Shown: positions 26,146 through 35,379 of the stretch, piece after piece
Layout: the number at the start of each line of letters is the position of its first letter
How positions within the stretch are numbered: the stretch's first letter is position 1
From: Myxococcales bacterium
GTDB taxonomy: Bacteria > Myxococcota_A > Polyangia > Polyangiales > Ga0077539
Direction of reading: 5' to 3'
NCBI GenBank assembly: GCA_030652255.1
Contig: JAUSAZ010000012.1
Span: 81,049-145,048 of the forward strand
DNA length: 64,000 nucleotides
Position numbers and translations under genes: made by a program
Notes under the pieces: generated by a model
Seen by the model: the letters and a program-made list of their open reading frames with translations, nothing else
Databases searched by the model: none
What the model was told of the DNA's origin: nothing

Positions 26146-28470
26146 ATGGACGTCGTATGTGAACGCTGCAAGGCCGAGTACGAATTTGACGACGCGCTGG
26201 TCTCCGAGCGCGGAACGACCGTCAAGTGCACGAACTGCAGCCATCAATTCAAGATCTTCCGCCCCACGTCGGAGTCCGACGCCGCGAAGGTGTGGAACCT
26301 CCGTCGACCTGACGGGACGGTGATCCCCTTCGACTCGCTCGCGGTGCTCCAGAAATGGATCCTCGAGGGCAAGGTCAGCAAGATGGACGAGATCTCCCGG
26401 GCGGGCGAAGGCTGGAAGAGCCTCGGCGCCATCGCGGAGCTCGAGAGCTTCTTCGCCACGGCCGAACTGCGTGCGTCGCAGAACGCCCCGGGCCGCACGG
26501 GGCAGCGCTTCCCCAGCATGAGCGGCGTGCGGGCGCCGACGCCCGCGCCGGGCATAAGCCGCTCGAACCCTGCCCGCGCCTCCCGGCCGCCGCCCGCGAT
26601 GAGCTCGCCGACGATCCGCCCGGGCGGCGCGGCGCCGCCACCGCCGCCGGTCTCTCTGCGGGCCCCCTCCCACGGTGGCGCCTCGCCGCCGCCCGTGCCC
26701 AACGCCCTGCGGGGCCCGTCTGCCGTGAAGAGCGGGGGCGCCCCGGCCGCGCCCAACACGATGGTGCAGATTCCTCCGCCGCCCAAGATGCCCGCGGAGA
26801 TGGGCCCTTCCCCCTCGCCTCCCCCGATCGCCGACCGGCACGAGCCCCTGGCCGACGAGGTCGAGCGCGCCCGCTCGCGGCCCGCAAGCCTGCCGCCCAA
26901 GGTGCTGCTCCCGCCGTTGCCCGCGCTCTCCACCCCGCCCCGTGACCTCGTCGATGACCAGGCCCCGACCCGATCGATGGCCTCCGACCCGCGGGCCCTG
27001 CGCGGCGCGCCGGTCGCCGGTCGCCGGAGCGGCCTCGGGGTAGGGCTGGTGGTCGGCGCCCTCGTGGCGGGCGGCGTGCTGTTGTTCTCCTATCAGACGG
27101 GCGTCTTTGGCCCGGCCGTTCCCTCCGCGGGCGCCAACGCGACGCGCGACACCGCCCGCCGCGATCGGGTCATCACCGACGCGGTCGAGCGCTCCCGGCG
27201 GTACACCCCCGCGGCGATGGACGAAGCGCGGGAAGAACTCTCCGCGGCCATCGTGCTGCGCCCCGACGACGCCGCGCTCATCGCGACCCGCGCGGCCGTG
27301 CTCGCCGCGTGGTCGGAGATGTCCACGCAGCAGGCCGCCGACCTCGACGCGCAGTCGAGCCTGCCGGGCGCCGACGCGCCGCGCCTGCAGGCCTCGGCCG
27401 AGCTCGCCCGCCGCGAGGGCACGATGCGGAAGGATCGCGCCCGCACCGACCTCCGCGCCGCCGAGGCGGCCATCGAGACCGTGGCGCCCGCCGAGCGTGC
27501 CCTGGTTGAAGCGCGGCTCGCCGACGTGGCCCGGGTGGTCGGCGCGCCCACGCTGGCCAACCACCTCGAGGGCGCGCGACGCGGTGCGCCAACGAATGAG
27601 TCGTCGCTCTACCTGGCCCTCGCGACGCTGACCGACGATCCGATGTCCGCCACCGCGGGGCTGCGCGCCGCGATCGGCGCCGACCCGCAGAACCAGCGGG
27701 CCCGCGTGGCCCTCGCCCGGCTGCTCCAGCGCCAGGGCGACGTGCGGGGCGCGCAGGAGCTCCTCGCCGAGGCCCTGCGGGCAGAGCCCGAGCACGAGGC
27801 CCTGCTGGGCCTCTCCCGGGCGCTCGGCGCGACCACCGTCGTGGCGACCCCCACCGCGACCGATGCAGGGACGCCGGACGCCGGCGTGACCGTGGCCGCG
27901 GTGACCACGCCCGTCGCGCCGCCCACCGCCCCGGTCGTGCCCCCCGCCGCGCCGCCGACCGCCCCGGTCGCAGCGCCGACCGCGGCGCCGGTGGCGCCCC
28001 GGCACGGGAGCAGCGACCCCAACGGCAGCCTCGCGGCGGCGATGGCGCCGACCCGCGACTACGACCGCCTCGTGCGCGACGCCGACACCTTGCAGCACGC
28101 CGGCCGCACCAGCCTGGCCCGCGAGCGTTACCAGCAGGCGCTCGCGGTGCGCGCCACGGGCTCCGAGGCCCTCACCGGGCTCGGCTTCGTCGAGCTCGAC
28201 CAGAACGCCGTCGGCGCGGCGATCTCCCGCTTCCGCCAGGCGCTCGCGAGCAACCCGCGGTACTCCGAGGCCTACATCGGGCTCGGAGAGGCCTACAGCC
28301 AGCAGCGCAGCTACGGGCAGGCCGTGCAGGCCTACCAGCAGTACCTCACCATCAACCCCGGTGGCTCGCGCTCGGAGATGGCGCGTCGACAGATCGAGTC
28401 GCTGCAGGAGCGGATGAACGCGGCCCGGGCGCCCGAGGCTCCGGGCGACGACGCCGCGACCAGCCCCTGA
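26146..28470 (+). CDS. MJ0042-type zinc-ribbon + GYF-like + TM + TPR protein
   Basis: 'MDVVCERCKAEYEFDD...VKCTNCSHQFKIF' is the zinc ribbon. 'WNLRRPDGTVIPFDSLAVLQKWILEGKVSKMDEISRAGEGWKSLG' is GYF_2-like. A Pro-rich linker, one TM (GLGVGLVVGALVAGGVLLF) and C-terminal TPRs (...AYIGLGEAYSQQRSYGQAVQAYQQYL) follow. Confidence 0.8.
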   Translation: MDVVCERCKAEYEFDDALVSERGTTVKCTNCSHQFKIFRPTSESDAAKVWNLRRPDGTVIPFDSLAVLQKWILEGKVSKMDEISRAGEGWKSLGAIAELESFFATAELRASQNAPGRTGQRFPSMSGVRAPTPAPGISRSNPARASRPPPAMSSPTIRPGGAAPPPPPVSLRAPSHGGASPPPVPNALRGPSAVKSGGAPAAPNTMVQIPPPPKMPAEMGPSPSPPPIADRHEPLADEVERARSRPASLPPKVLLPPLPALSTPPRDLVDDQAPTRSMASDPRALRGAPVAGRRSGLGVGLVVGALVAGGVLLFSYQTGVFGPAVPSAGANATRDTARRDRVITDAVERSRRYTPAAMDEAREELSAAIVLRPDDAALIATRAAVLAAWSEMSTQQAADLDAQSSLPGADAPRLQASAELARREGTMRKDRARTDLRAAEAAIETVAPAERALVEARLADVARVVGAPTLANHLEGARRGAPTNESSLYLALATLTDDPMSATAGLRAAIGADPQNQRARVALARLLQRQGDVRGAQELLAEALRAEPEHEALLGLSRALGATTVVATPTATDAGTPDAGVTVAAVTTPVAPPTAPVVPPAAPPTAPVAAPTAAPVAPRHGSSDPNGSLAAAMAPTRDYDRLVRDADTLQHAGRTSLARERYQQALAVRATGSEALTGLGFVELDQNAVGAAISRFRQALASNPRYSEAYIGLGEAYSQQRSYGQAVQAYQQYLTINPGGSRSEMARRQIESLQERMNAARAPEAPGDDAATSP

Positions 28471-28472
28471 CG

Positions 28473-31400
28473 ATGACCCCGGCCGCGCTGGACGACGAGG
28501 CCTTTGCACCGCTCGGCCCGTTCGAGCTGGAGGGCGACGAGGGGGGCGGAGAGTACTCGCGGCTGGAGGTGCTCCGGCTGCTGGGGGTGAGCGCCCGCGG
28601 GCCCGACGCGGCCGTGGCCCAGGAGCTCGCCCTCGTCTGGGCGGCGAGCGGATCCGTCGGGCTGGAGCGCGACGCGCTGGCGGCCTCCGAGCCGACGCCC
28701 GCCTCGCTCCGGCGCCGCGCCCTGCTCGACGTCGAGACCGGCCGGTGGACCGACGCGGCCCGCGCGGCGGAGGCGCTCACGGGCTTCGACGACACCGCGG
28801 CGCGGCGGGCGACGGCCTGGCACCTCTGGGCCTCCGCCGGCTCGATGGACGACGCGCGGCGGATGACGCGGGAGGGTGATCCCGCGCGCGTGGCGATGGC
28901 GCACCTCGCGCGATCGGCCGCGAGCGCCGAGGTGCTGGCGTCCGCCGCCGAAGCGGCGCAGCGCGACGGCGCGACGGAGGCCTGGCGGTCGCTCGCGGTG
29001 GACGCGTGGATCGCGGCGCCGGGCGCGCGCGGCGCGGAGTGCCTGGTCGCCGCGCTGCGGGCCGCCGGGCGGGGACGCGCCGCGGTGAGCGTCGCGCTCG
29101 AGGCCGCCGCGGAGGCGTACCTGAACGGCGGCGAGGTGGCGCTCCCGCGCGGCGACGACCCCGACGCGGGCGAGGCCGAGTCGGTGGCGATCTGGACGCT
29201 CCGCGCGCTGCTCCCGGGGCCCGAGGCCGCCGCGGCGCGCGAGACCCTGCGCGACCTGCTGGCCGACCGCGGACGCGCCGCCGAGCTCGCGGTGCGACTC
29301 CGCGTCGACGCGTGGTCGGCCCCGGAGGGCGCCCGCGCCGCGGCGTGGAAGGGCGTCGCGGCGATGGAGCTGCCGCACGACCCGCTGCTCGCGACCCGCG
29401 CGCTGGTGGAGGGCCTGCGGGCGCAGCCCGACGACGCCGAGGCGCTCGCGCTGCTGCGCACCCTCGCGGCCGAGCCGACGGTGGAGGGCGCGACGCGGGA
29501 CGCCGTCTGGGGCCTCGTGCGTAGCCCCGAGCTCAGCGCCGACCGGCGCAACGAGCTGCTGCTCTGGCTGGGCTCCCTCGAGGAGGCCGCGGGCGATTTC
29601 GCCGCCGCGGAGGCCGCGTATGCGAGCGTGCAGGGGGCGGTCGCGGAGGCCTTCGAGGCGCTCGCGCGGGTGTACGAGGGCGCGGCGCGGCAGGCGGCGC
29701 AGGCCGAGGCGGAGTTCGGGGCGCTGGCCTCGGCGGAGCCGGAGCGGCGGGCGCAGGCCCTCGACGCGGCGGTCGCGCGCTGCGCTGCGGCCCCGGGCGC
29801 CCTGGCCGGTGCGGGCGCTGCGCTGGAGACGCTCGCCGGGTTCGCCCTCGAGCACGCCGGGGCGGCGGGTTTGTGGGTCCGGGCGGCGCGGCGGGCGGTC
29901 GATCCTGGCACCCTCGTCGCGGTGCTGCGCCGGCTCGCGACCCGCAGCGCGCTCGCCGCGGTGCGACGCGAGGCCGTGCTTGAGTGCCTCACGCTCCCGG
30001 AGCTGGCGGCGGGCGGCGGCTCCGACGCCCTGGAGCTCCTGCGAGTCTACGCCGACGACCTCCCGGGCGACGCCACCGTCGCCGCGGCCCTCGCGGCGCT
30101 CGCCGAGCAGCGGGGCGACGAGTCGCTCACGCGGGACGCGATCCGCGCCGTCGCGATGGCCAGCGAAGACCCGGCCGAGCGCGACGTGCTGCAGCGCTTC
30201 GTCGGCACGCGCAGCGGGGTCTTCGAGGCCCTCGGGGCTGCCACCGAGGAGCCGAGCGCCTCGGTCGAGCGCGGCGATCGCCTCCGTCGCCTGCACGTCC
30301 TCCTCGGCGACAGCGTGACGCTGCTCGCGCTGCGCACCCGCGCCCTGATGGCGTCGGCGGGCGACTCCGGCGAGGCCCTCGCGGTGGCCCGGCGCTTCGT
30401 CGAGGCCGCGCCGTGGTCCCCGGAGGCGGTGTTCGCGTTCGCCGGCCTCACCCGGCTCGGCCACGACGGCGACGACATCGTCGCGTCCATCCGCGCGGCG
30501 CTGCGCTCCTGCGCCCGCCTGCCCGAGCTCGCTGCGCTCGTGCGGGGCGGGGTCGCGCGGCTCACGGCGCTCGGCGACGAGTCCGGCGTGCACCACGCGC
30601 TCGACGCCGCGACGGACGCTGGGCTGCTCGCCGACCGGCCGCTCGCGGATCTCGCCCTCTCGCGCCCGCACGGCGATGCCGCGGTGCTCGTGCGCCGGCT
30701 CGAGCTCGCGGTCGCGGCGAGCGACGCGCCCGACCCTGGATGGATCGCGCAGCTCATCGCGCTGCGCGAGGCCGCGGGCGATCCGCTCGGGGCGCTCGGG
30801 GCGAAGCTGCGGGGCGCCGACCCGGCGCGGGTCCGCGCGGAGGAGCTCGACCTCCTCGCGGACGCCGCGACGGACGACGAGGCCCAGGGGCGCTGGGTGC
30901 GGTGCGCCCTCGCCAACGGGCTGCCGCAGGTGGGCCTCCGGTGGCTCGCGCGGTGGGCCTCGGCGCGCGGCCCCGATGCGGGCGCGGCCCTGCGGCTGCG
31001 GTGCGCGGCCCGGGTCGCGTGGGCGGTGCAGGGCGACGGCGAAGGGGCGCTGGAGTTTCTCCGGGACGCCATGCGGGCGGAGGGCGACGCCGAGGACGTG
31101 CTCCAGGACGCCGACCTCATCGGGCGCCGGTCGGGCCTGCTCGACGGGCTGCTGTCGATCTACGACGACGCCGCGGGGGTGGCCGCGGGGGTGCACGGGC
31201 GCCGCGCGCTGCACTACCGCCGCGCGCTGGCGCAGGAGCACGGCGGCCGCTTCGCCGACGCCCTCGAGGCGCAGCTCGCGACCTTCCGGGAGACCCGCAA
31301 CATCGGCGCTTCGCTCCGCGCGGTGGAGCGGCTCGCGGGCGCGACGGGGCGCTGGGCGCCGATGCTGGAGGCCTACGAGGTCCTCGCGGCGGAGGCGCCG

Positions 31401-33383
31401 TCGGCCGAGGCGAAGCTGCAGTTCCTGCTGCGGTGCGCGGAGATCGCGCAGGCGCAGCTCCGCTCGCCGGAGCGGGCGCTCGCCTTCGAGGTGCAGGCCT
31501 GGCAGGTGAGCCGCTCGCGCTCGCTCTGGGACCTCGTCATCGAGCGCGCCCACGCGCTGCGCGCGAGCCACCCCGCGGCGGCGACGGCGGCGCTCAACAC
31601 CCTCGTCGACAGCGAGCTCGCCGCCGCGCAGCAGGCCTGGGACGACTCGCTCCGCGGGCTCCACTCGCTGCAGGCCCTCGACTGCGCGCTCACCGAGGCG
31701 CACGACCTCGATCGGGCGCTCGCCGCGATCGGGCTCTACCTGCGCCAGCACGAGGCGCCCCGGGTCGCGCGCAGCACCGTGCTCGAGATGATCGGCCGGC
31801 CGTCGGTGCCCGCGGATCTCCAGGCGGCGCTTCGGGGGTCCGAGGCGCTGGCGTCGACCCCGCCGCCGCCGGCGCCCGCGACCCATCCGCCGTCGCGCAT
31901 GGGCACCCTGGAGCTCGTCCTCGACGACGACCCGGTGTCGGACGCGGTCGAGGACGCGCCGTCGGCCGCGCCGACTCCGCCGCCGGTCGCGCTGCCCCAG
32001 TCGGGCCGCGAGGGCCAGGAGTGGATCTCCTTCGTCGCGGAGCCCCGGCCGGTCACCCCCGCGCCGACCCGCCCGGGGGCCTCGGAGCCGCCGCCGCCGG
32101 TGGTGGTCGCGCGCACGGTGCAGCCGCGCTTGCAGGACGCGATCGACGACCCGGGGCGCGACGTCGACACCTTCCTGATCACGTCGGTCACCCCGGCCAG
32201 CGCGCGGCCCGCGAGCACCCCGAAGCCGCCCCCGCCGCCCCCGCCGCCTGCCCCGGCGGCGGTCGAGGCCGTCGAGGTGCTGCACGACCGCGCCGCCCGC
32301 GGCGACGACGAGGCCGCGGTCGCCCTCGCCCAGCGCCTCGCGGCGGACCCCGATCGCGCCCACGAGGCCGCGGTGATACAGCGCGCCCGCTTCGACGCCG
32401 ACCCGACCCGCCTCGACGCCCTCGACGCCCTCATCGAGCTCGCCCGCCGCGGCGACCTCCGCGGCGAGGCGCTCGGGCTCAGCCAGGTGCGGGCCGTCCT
32501 GCGCGGCGACGCCCTCGAGCTGCACCCCCTGCACCCGATCGAGATCGAAGACCCGCCGGACGGCGTCGCGCGGGTTCTCCTCCCCGCCCGCCTCGGCCCC
32601 TTCGCCGAGCTCGGCGCGATGCTCTGGGACAGCGTCGGCGTCACCTGGCGCCGCGAGCTCCAGCGCTCCGGCGCGCGCGACGAGGGCGTCCGGCTCGCGC
32701 CGAGCTCCGCGGTGCTGCGCCCCTTCCAGGCCGCCCTTCGGCTGCTGCAGATGCCCCGCTCGACGACGCTCCTGCTGCGCGACGGGCCCGCCGCGGCGCC
32801 CGCCATCATCGCAGCCACGTCGCCGGTGTCGCTGGTGATGTCGCTCGAGCAGGCGACGGACACCCCCGCCGGGCACTTCGCCCTCGGCCACCACCTGGAG
32901 GGCGCCCGCACGGGGCACCTCCCGATGACCGCGCTCTCGCCCGAGGTGGCCGACCGCATGGTGCGCGCGCTCACCTTCGCGTTCGGCGAAGCCCCGGCGG
33001 AGCGGGTCGATCCCGCGGTGGCGCAGGCCGCGGCGCAGCTCATGGACGCCACGCCGACGCGGCTCCACCGGCAGGTGCGCGCGTACGTCGAGGAGCTCGG
33101 CGGCTCGCTCACCCCGGCGCGGTGGCGCGCGGTCATCGACCAGGCGCGGGCCCGCGCGGGGCTGCTGGTGTCAGGGGACTTCTTCGAGTCGTCGCGGTGG
33201 CTGCTGGCCAGCGCGCCCGCGGAGGTGCCGCGCTCGCTCTCGTGGGCCTTCGTCGAGTGGGAGCCCCTGCGCGACCTCCTGCGCTTCGCCGTCAGCGAGG
33301 AGTACCTCATGCTGCGCTGGCCCAACTCCGACGGGCGGCGTCGGCGCGTGTCCAGCCGCCCCTCCCCGCCCAGCCCCCGCTGA
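28473..33383 (+). CDS. Giant (1636 aa) Ala/Leu-rich helical-repeat protein, no TM
   Basis: The ATG lies 2 nt after the upstream stop. The frame is uninterrupted for 4.9 kb, and its helical composition contrasts with the R/G-rich shadow ORF on the other strand. It has an internal poly-Pro hinge (KPPPPPPPPAP) and a distinct C-terminal domain. Confidence 0.75.
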   Translation: MTPAALDDEAFAPLGPFELEGDEGGGEYSRLEVLRLLGVSARGPDAAVAQELALVWAASGSVGLERDALAASEPTPASLRRRALLDVETGRWTDAARAAEALTGFDDTAARRATAWHLWASAGSMDDARRMTREGDPARVAMAHLARSAASAEVLASAAEAAQRDGATEAWRSLAVDAWIAAPGARGAECLVAALRAAGRGRAAVSVALEAAAEAYLNGGEVALPRGDDPDAGEAESVAIWTLRALLPGPEAAAARETLRDLLADRGRAAELAVRLRVDAWSAPEGARAAAWKGVAAMELPHDPLLATRALVEGLRAQPDDAEALALLRTLAAEPTVEGATRDAVWGLVRSPELSADRRNELLLWLGSLEEAAGDFAAAEAAYASVQGAVAEAFEALARVYEGAARQAAQAEAEFGALASAEPERRAQALDAAVARCAAAPGALAGAGAALETLAGFALEHAGAAGLWVRAARRAVDPGTLVAVLRRLATRSALAAVRREAVLECLTLPELAAGGGSDALELLRVYADDLPGDATVAAALAALAEQRGDESLTRDAIRAVAMASEDPAERDVLQRFVGTRSGVFEALGAATEEPSASVERGDRLRRLHVLLGDSVTLLALRTRALMASAGDSGEALAVARRFVEAAPWSPEAVFAFAGLTRLGHDGDDIVASIRAALRSCARLPELAALVRGGVARLTALGDESGVHHALDAATDAGLLADRPLADLALSRPHGDAAVLVRRLELAVAASDAPDPGWIAQLIALREAAGDPLGALGAKLRGADPARVRAEELDLLADAATDDEAQGRWVRCALANGLPQVGLRWLARWASARGPDAGAALRLRCAARVAWAVQGDGEGALEFLRDAMRAEGDAEDVLQDADLIGRRSGLLDGLLSIYDDAAGVAAGVHGRRALHYRRALAQEHGGRFADALEAQLATFRETRNIGASLRAVERLAGATGRWAPMLEAYEVLAAEAPSAEAKLQFLLRCAEIAQAQLRSPERALAFEVQAWQVSRSRSLWDLVIERAHALRASHPAAATAALNTLVDSELAAAQQAWDDSLRGLHSLQALDCALTEAHDLDRALAAIGLYLRQHEAPRVARSTVLEMIGRPSVPADLQAALRGSEALASTPPPPAPATHPPSRMGTLELVLDDDPVSDAVEDAPSAAPTPPPVALPQSGREGQEWISFVAEPRPVTPAPTRPGASEPPPPVVVARTVQPRLQDAIDDPGRDVDTFLITSVTPASARPASTPKPPPPPPPPAPAAVEAVEVLHDRAARGDDEAAVALAQRLAADPDRAHEAAVIQRARFDADPTRLDALDALIELARRGDLRGEALGLSQVRAVLRGDALELHPLHPIEIEDPPDGVARVLLPARLGPFAELGAMLWDSVGVTWRRELQRSGARDEGVRLAPSSAVLRPFQAALRLLQMPRSTTLLLRDGPAAAPAIIAATSPVSLVMSLEQATDTPAGHFALGHHLEGARTGHLPMTALSPEVADRMVRALTFAFGEAPAERVDPAVAQAAAQLMDATPTRLHRQVRAYVEELGGSLTPARWRAVIDQARARAGLLVSGDFFESSRWLLASAPAEVPRSLSWAFVEWEPLRDLLRFAVSEEYLMLRWPNSDGRRRRVSSRPSPPSPR

Positions 33384-33401
33384 CGGGACCGCGGAGCGGC
33401 A

Positions 33402-34352
33402 GTGCGCGCGCAGGTCGAACTCACCTCGGAGTGCCCCGAGTGCCACACCCGCGGGGTGTGGCTGGAGCTGTACGACCCGGCCGTCGCCGCGAGCGCCCTC
33501 GGGCTGCCCGCGGAGGCCCGCTGTCGGCTGTGCGCCGCGGCGCGGGTCGGGCAGGTGACGGCGGGATCGTCTGCGCTGCGAGCGGCGCCGTGGCCCGCCG
33601 GGGGATGCCCCTACTGCGCGCACCCGCTCGACGAGGGTGACCTCGCGGCGCACGGGTGCCGGGCGTGCGGAGCCCGCGCGGCGCTGGTGAGCACCCGGGC
33701 GGGCGACGGGCTGGGCGACGCCGAGGCGCTCGATCGCGCGCTGCGCAGGCTCATGGCGGACGAGGGCGACGACGACGTGGCGGGCTTCGTGCGTCGGACC
33801 TTCGGCAGCGACGACCTCGCGGCCCTCGCGGCGCGCTACGCGGAGGGCGCGGCGGTGGACACGGCCCTCGACGGGGGGACGGGGTTTCTCACGGGCGCGG
33901 TCGCGCGGGTGGCCTCCGAGGCGAAGCCGGGGAGGCCGAGCGACCCCGCGGCGCAGCCCGACGACCGCCGCGCGATGCTGCTCGCGCTGGTGAGCGTGCT
34001 GATGGCGGACGGGCTGCGCGACCCGCGGGAGATGCCGCTGGTGGAGGCCTTCCTGGCCGCGGAGGGCCTGGCGCCGCTGTCCGCCGAGGAGCTCCGGGTG
34101 CACCGGCCGGTGGAGATCGCCGCGCGGGTGCCGGTGGGGCGGCGCGAGGGGCTCGTGTCGCTGATGGCGCAGCTCGCGTACGCCGACGGCGTGGCCGACC
34201 CCAGCGAGGTGCGGGTGCTGCGGGCCTTCGCCGACGCCTGGACCGTGCCCCAGGAGGACGTCGACCGCTGGCTGGAGACCTACCGCGCGGCGCGGCGCTC
34301 GCGGCAGCAGCGCCTGCTCGACCGGCTGCGGGCGTTCTTCCTTTCGGGTTGA
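33402..34352 (+). CDS. Double zinc-ribbon + TerB-like domain protein
   Basis: Two ribbons: 'CPECH...CRLC' and 'CPYCAHP...CRACG'. C-terminal 'DDRRAMLLALVSVLMADGLRDPREMPLVEAFL...LVSLMAQLAYADGVADPSEVRVLRAFADAW' resembles the TerB / DjlA-N helical fold. Confidence 0.65.
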   Translation: MRAQVELTSECPECHTRGVWLELYDPAVAASALGLPAEARCRLCAAARVGQVTAGSSALRAAPWPAGGCPYCAHPLDEGDLAAHGCRACGARAALVSTRAGDGLGDAEALDRALRRLMADEGDDDVAGFVRRTFGSDDLAALAARYAEGAAVDTALDGGTGFLTGAVARVASEAKPGRPSDPAAQPDDRRAMLLALVSVLMADGLRDPREMPLVEAFLAAEGLAPLSAEELRVHRPVEIAARVPVGRREGLVSLMAQLAYADGVADPSEVRVLRAFADAWTVPQEDVDRWLETYRAARRSRQQRLLDRLRAFFLSG

Positions 34353-34374
34353 GCGCTATCATCGCGCCACGGCG

Positions 34375-35379
34375 ATGAGCGAGACCACGACGGGGACCGG
34401 TGGGGGGGCGCAGGCGCAGGCGCAGGAGGCGCAGCGCGACGGGGTGGCGCGCTCCATCGTGCGGGTGCAGCAGCAGTTCGACCTGGTGATGGACAACGTG
34501 CGCCGGGTGATCGTCGGCAAGGACGACGTCATCGCGCGGCTGCTCGTGGCGATGACCGCGCGGGGCCACGTGCTGCTGCGCGACGTGCCGGGCGTCGGAA
34601 AGACCATGCTGGCGCGCAGCGTCGCGGCGTCGATGGCGTGCGTGTTCAAGCGCATCCAGTTCACGCCCGACCTGCTGCCGATGGACGTCACCGGGTCGAA
34701 CGTGTTCGACATGCGCCGGCGGGTGTTCGAGTTCCAGCGGGGGCCGGTGTTCACCAACCTGCTGCTCGCCGACGAGATCAACCGCGCGCCGCCGAAGACC
34801 CAGAGCGCCCTGCTCGAGGTGATGGAGGAGCGGCAGGTCACCGTCGAGGGCGAGACCCACCCCCTCGACGAGCCCTTCCAGGTCATCGCCACCATGAACC
34901 CGCTCGACCACGAGGGCACCTACGCCCTCCCCGCGGCGCAGCTCGACCGCTTCATGGTGATGCTCTCCCTCGGCTACCCCGCCGAGGCCGCGGAGGTGCA
35001 CATGCTCAACGTGCACCTCCAGCCCGACGCGCCCCTCGCGCAGCTCCAGCCCGTCATCACCCGCGACGACTTCCTCGGCTGGCAGCGCACCGTCCCGATG
35101 ATCTTCCTCAGCGACGAGCTCAAGCGCTACGCCGTCGCCGTGGTGCAGTCGCTCCGCGGCGACCCGCGCAACCTCCAGTCCATCTCGCCGCGCTCGACCA
35201 TCCAGCTCGCGCGCGCGGCGCAGTCCCGCGCGATGCTGCGCGGCCGCGACTACGTCGTCGCCGAGGACATCCAGACCGTCGCCCCGGACGTGCTCGGGCA
35301 CCGGGTGCTGCTCGCCGACGGGCGCGCGGGCCGGGAGTTCGTCATCGAGGCGCTGCACCGGGTGGCCGTCCCGCGATGA
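34375..35379 (+). CDS. MoxR-family AAA+ ATPase
   Basis: Walker A 'LRDVPGVGKTMLA', Walker B 'LLADEINRAPPKTQSALLEVMEE', and 'ATMNPLDHEGTYALPAAQLDRF'. 334 aa. Confidence 0.92.
   Translation: MSETTTGTGGGAQAQAQEAQRDGVARSIVRVQQQFDLVMDNVRRVIVGKDDVIARLLVAMTARGHVLLRDVPGVGKTMLARSVAASMACVFKRIQFTPDLLPMDVTGSNVFDMRRRVFEFQRGPVFTNLLLADEINRAPPKTQSALLEVMEERQVTVEGETHPLDEPFQVIATMNPLDHEGTYALPAAQLDRFMVMLSLGYPAEAAEVHMLNVHLQPDAPLAQLQPVITRDDFLGWQRTVPMIFLSDELKRYAVAVVQSLRGDPRNLQSISPRSTIQLARAAQSRAMLRGRDYVVAEDIQTVAPDVLGHRVLLADGRAGREFVIEALHRVAVPR

Noticed and set aside
28332-33068. 1578-aa minus-strand ORF opposite the giant protein gene
   Set aside because: The composition is R/G/E/P/A-rich and low in complexity, with no start context. 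The + strand frame has coherent helical-repeat composition and tight operon coupling, so the minus ORF is a shadow.
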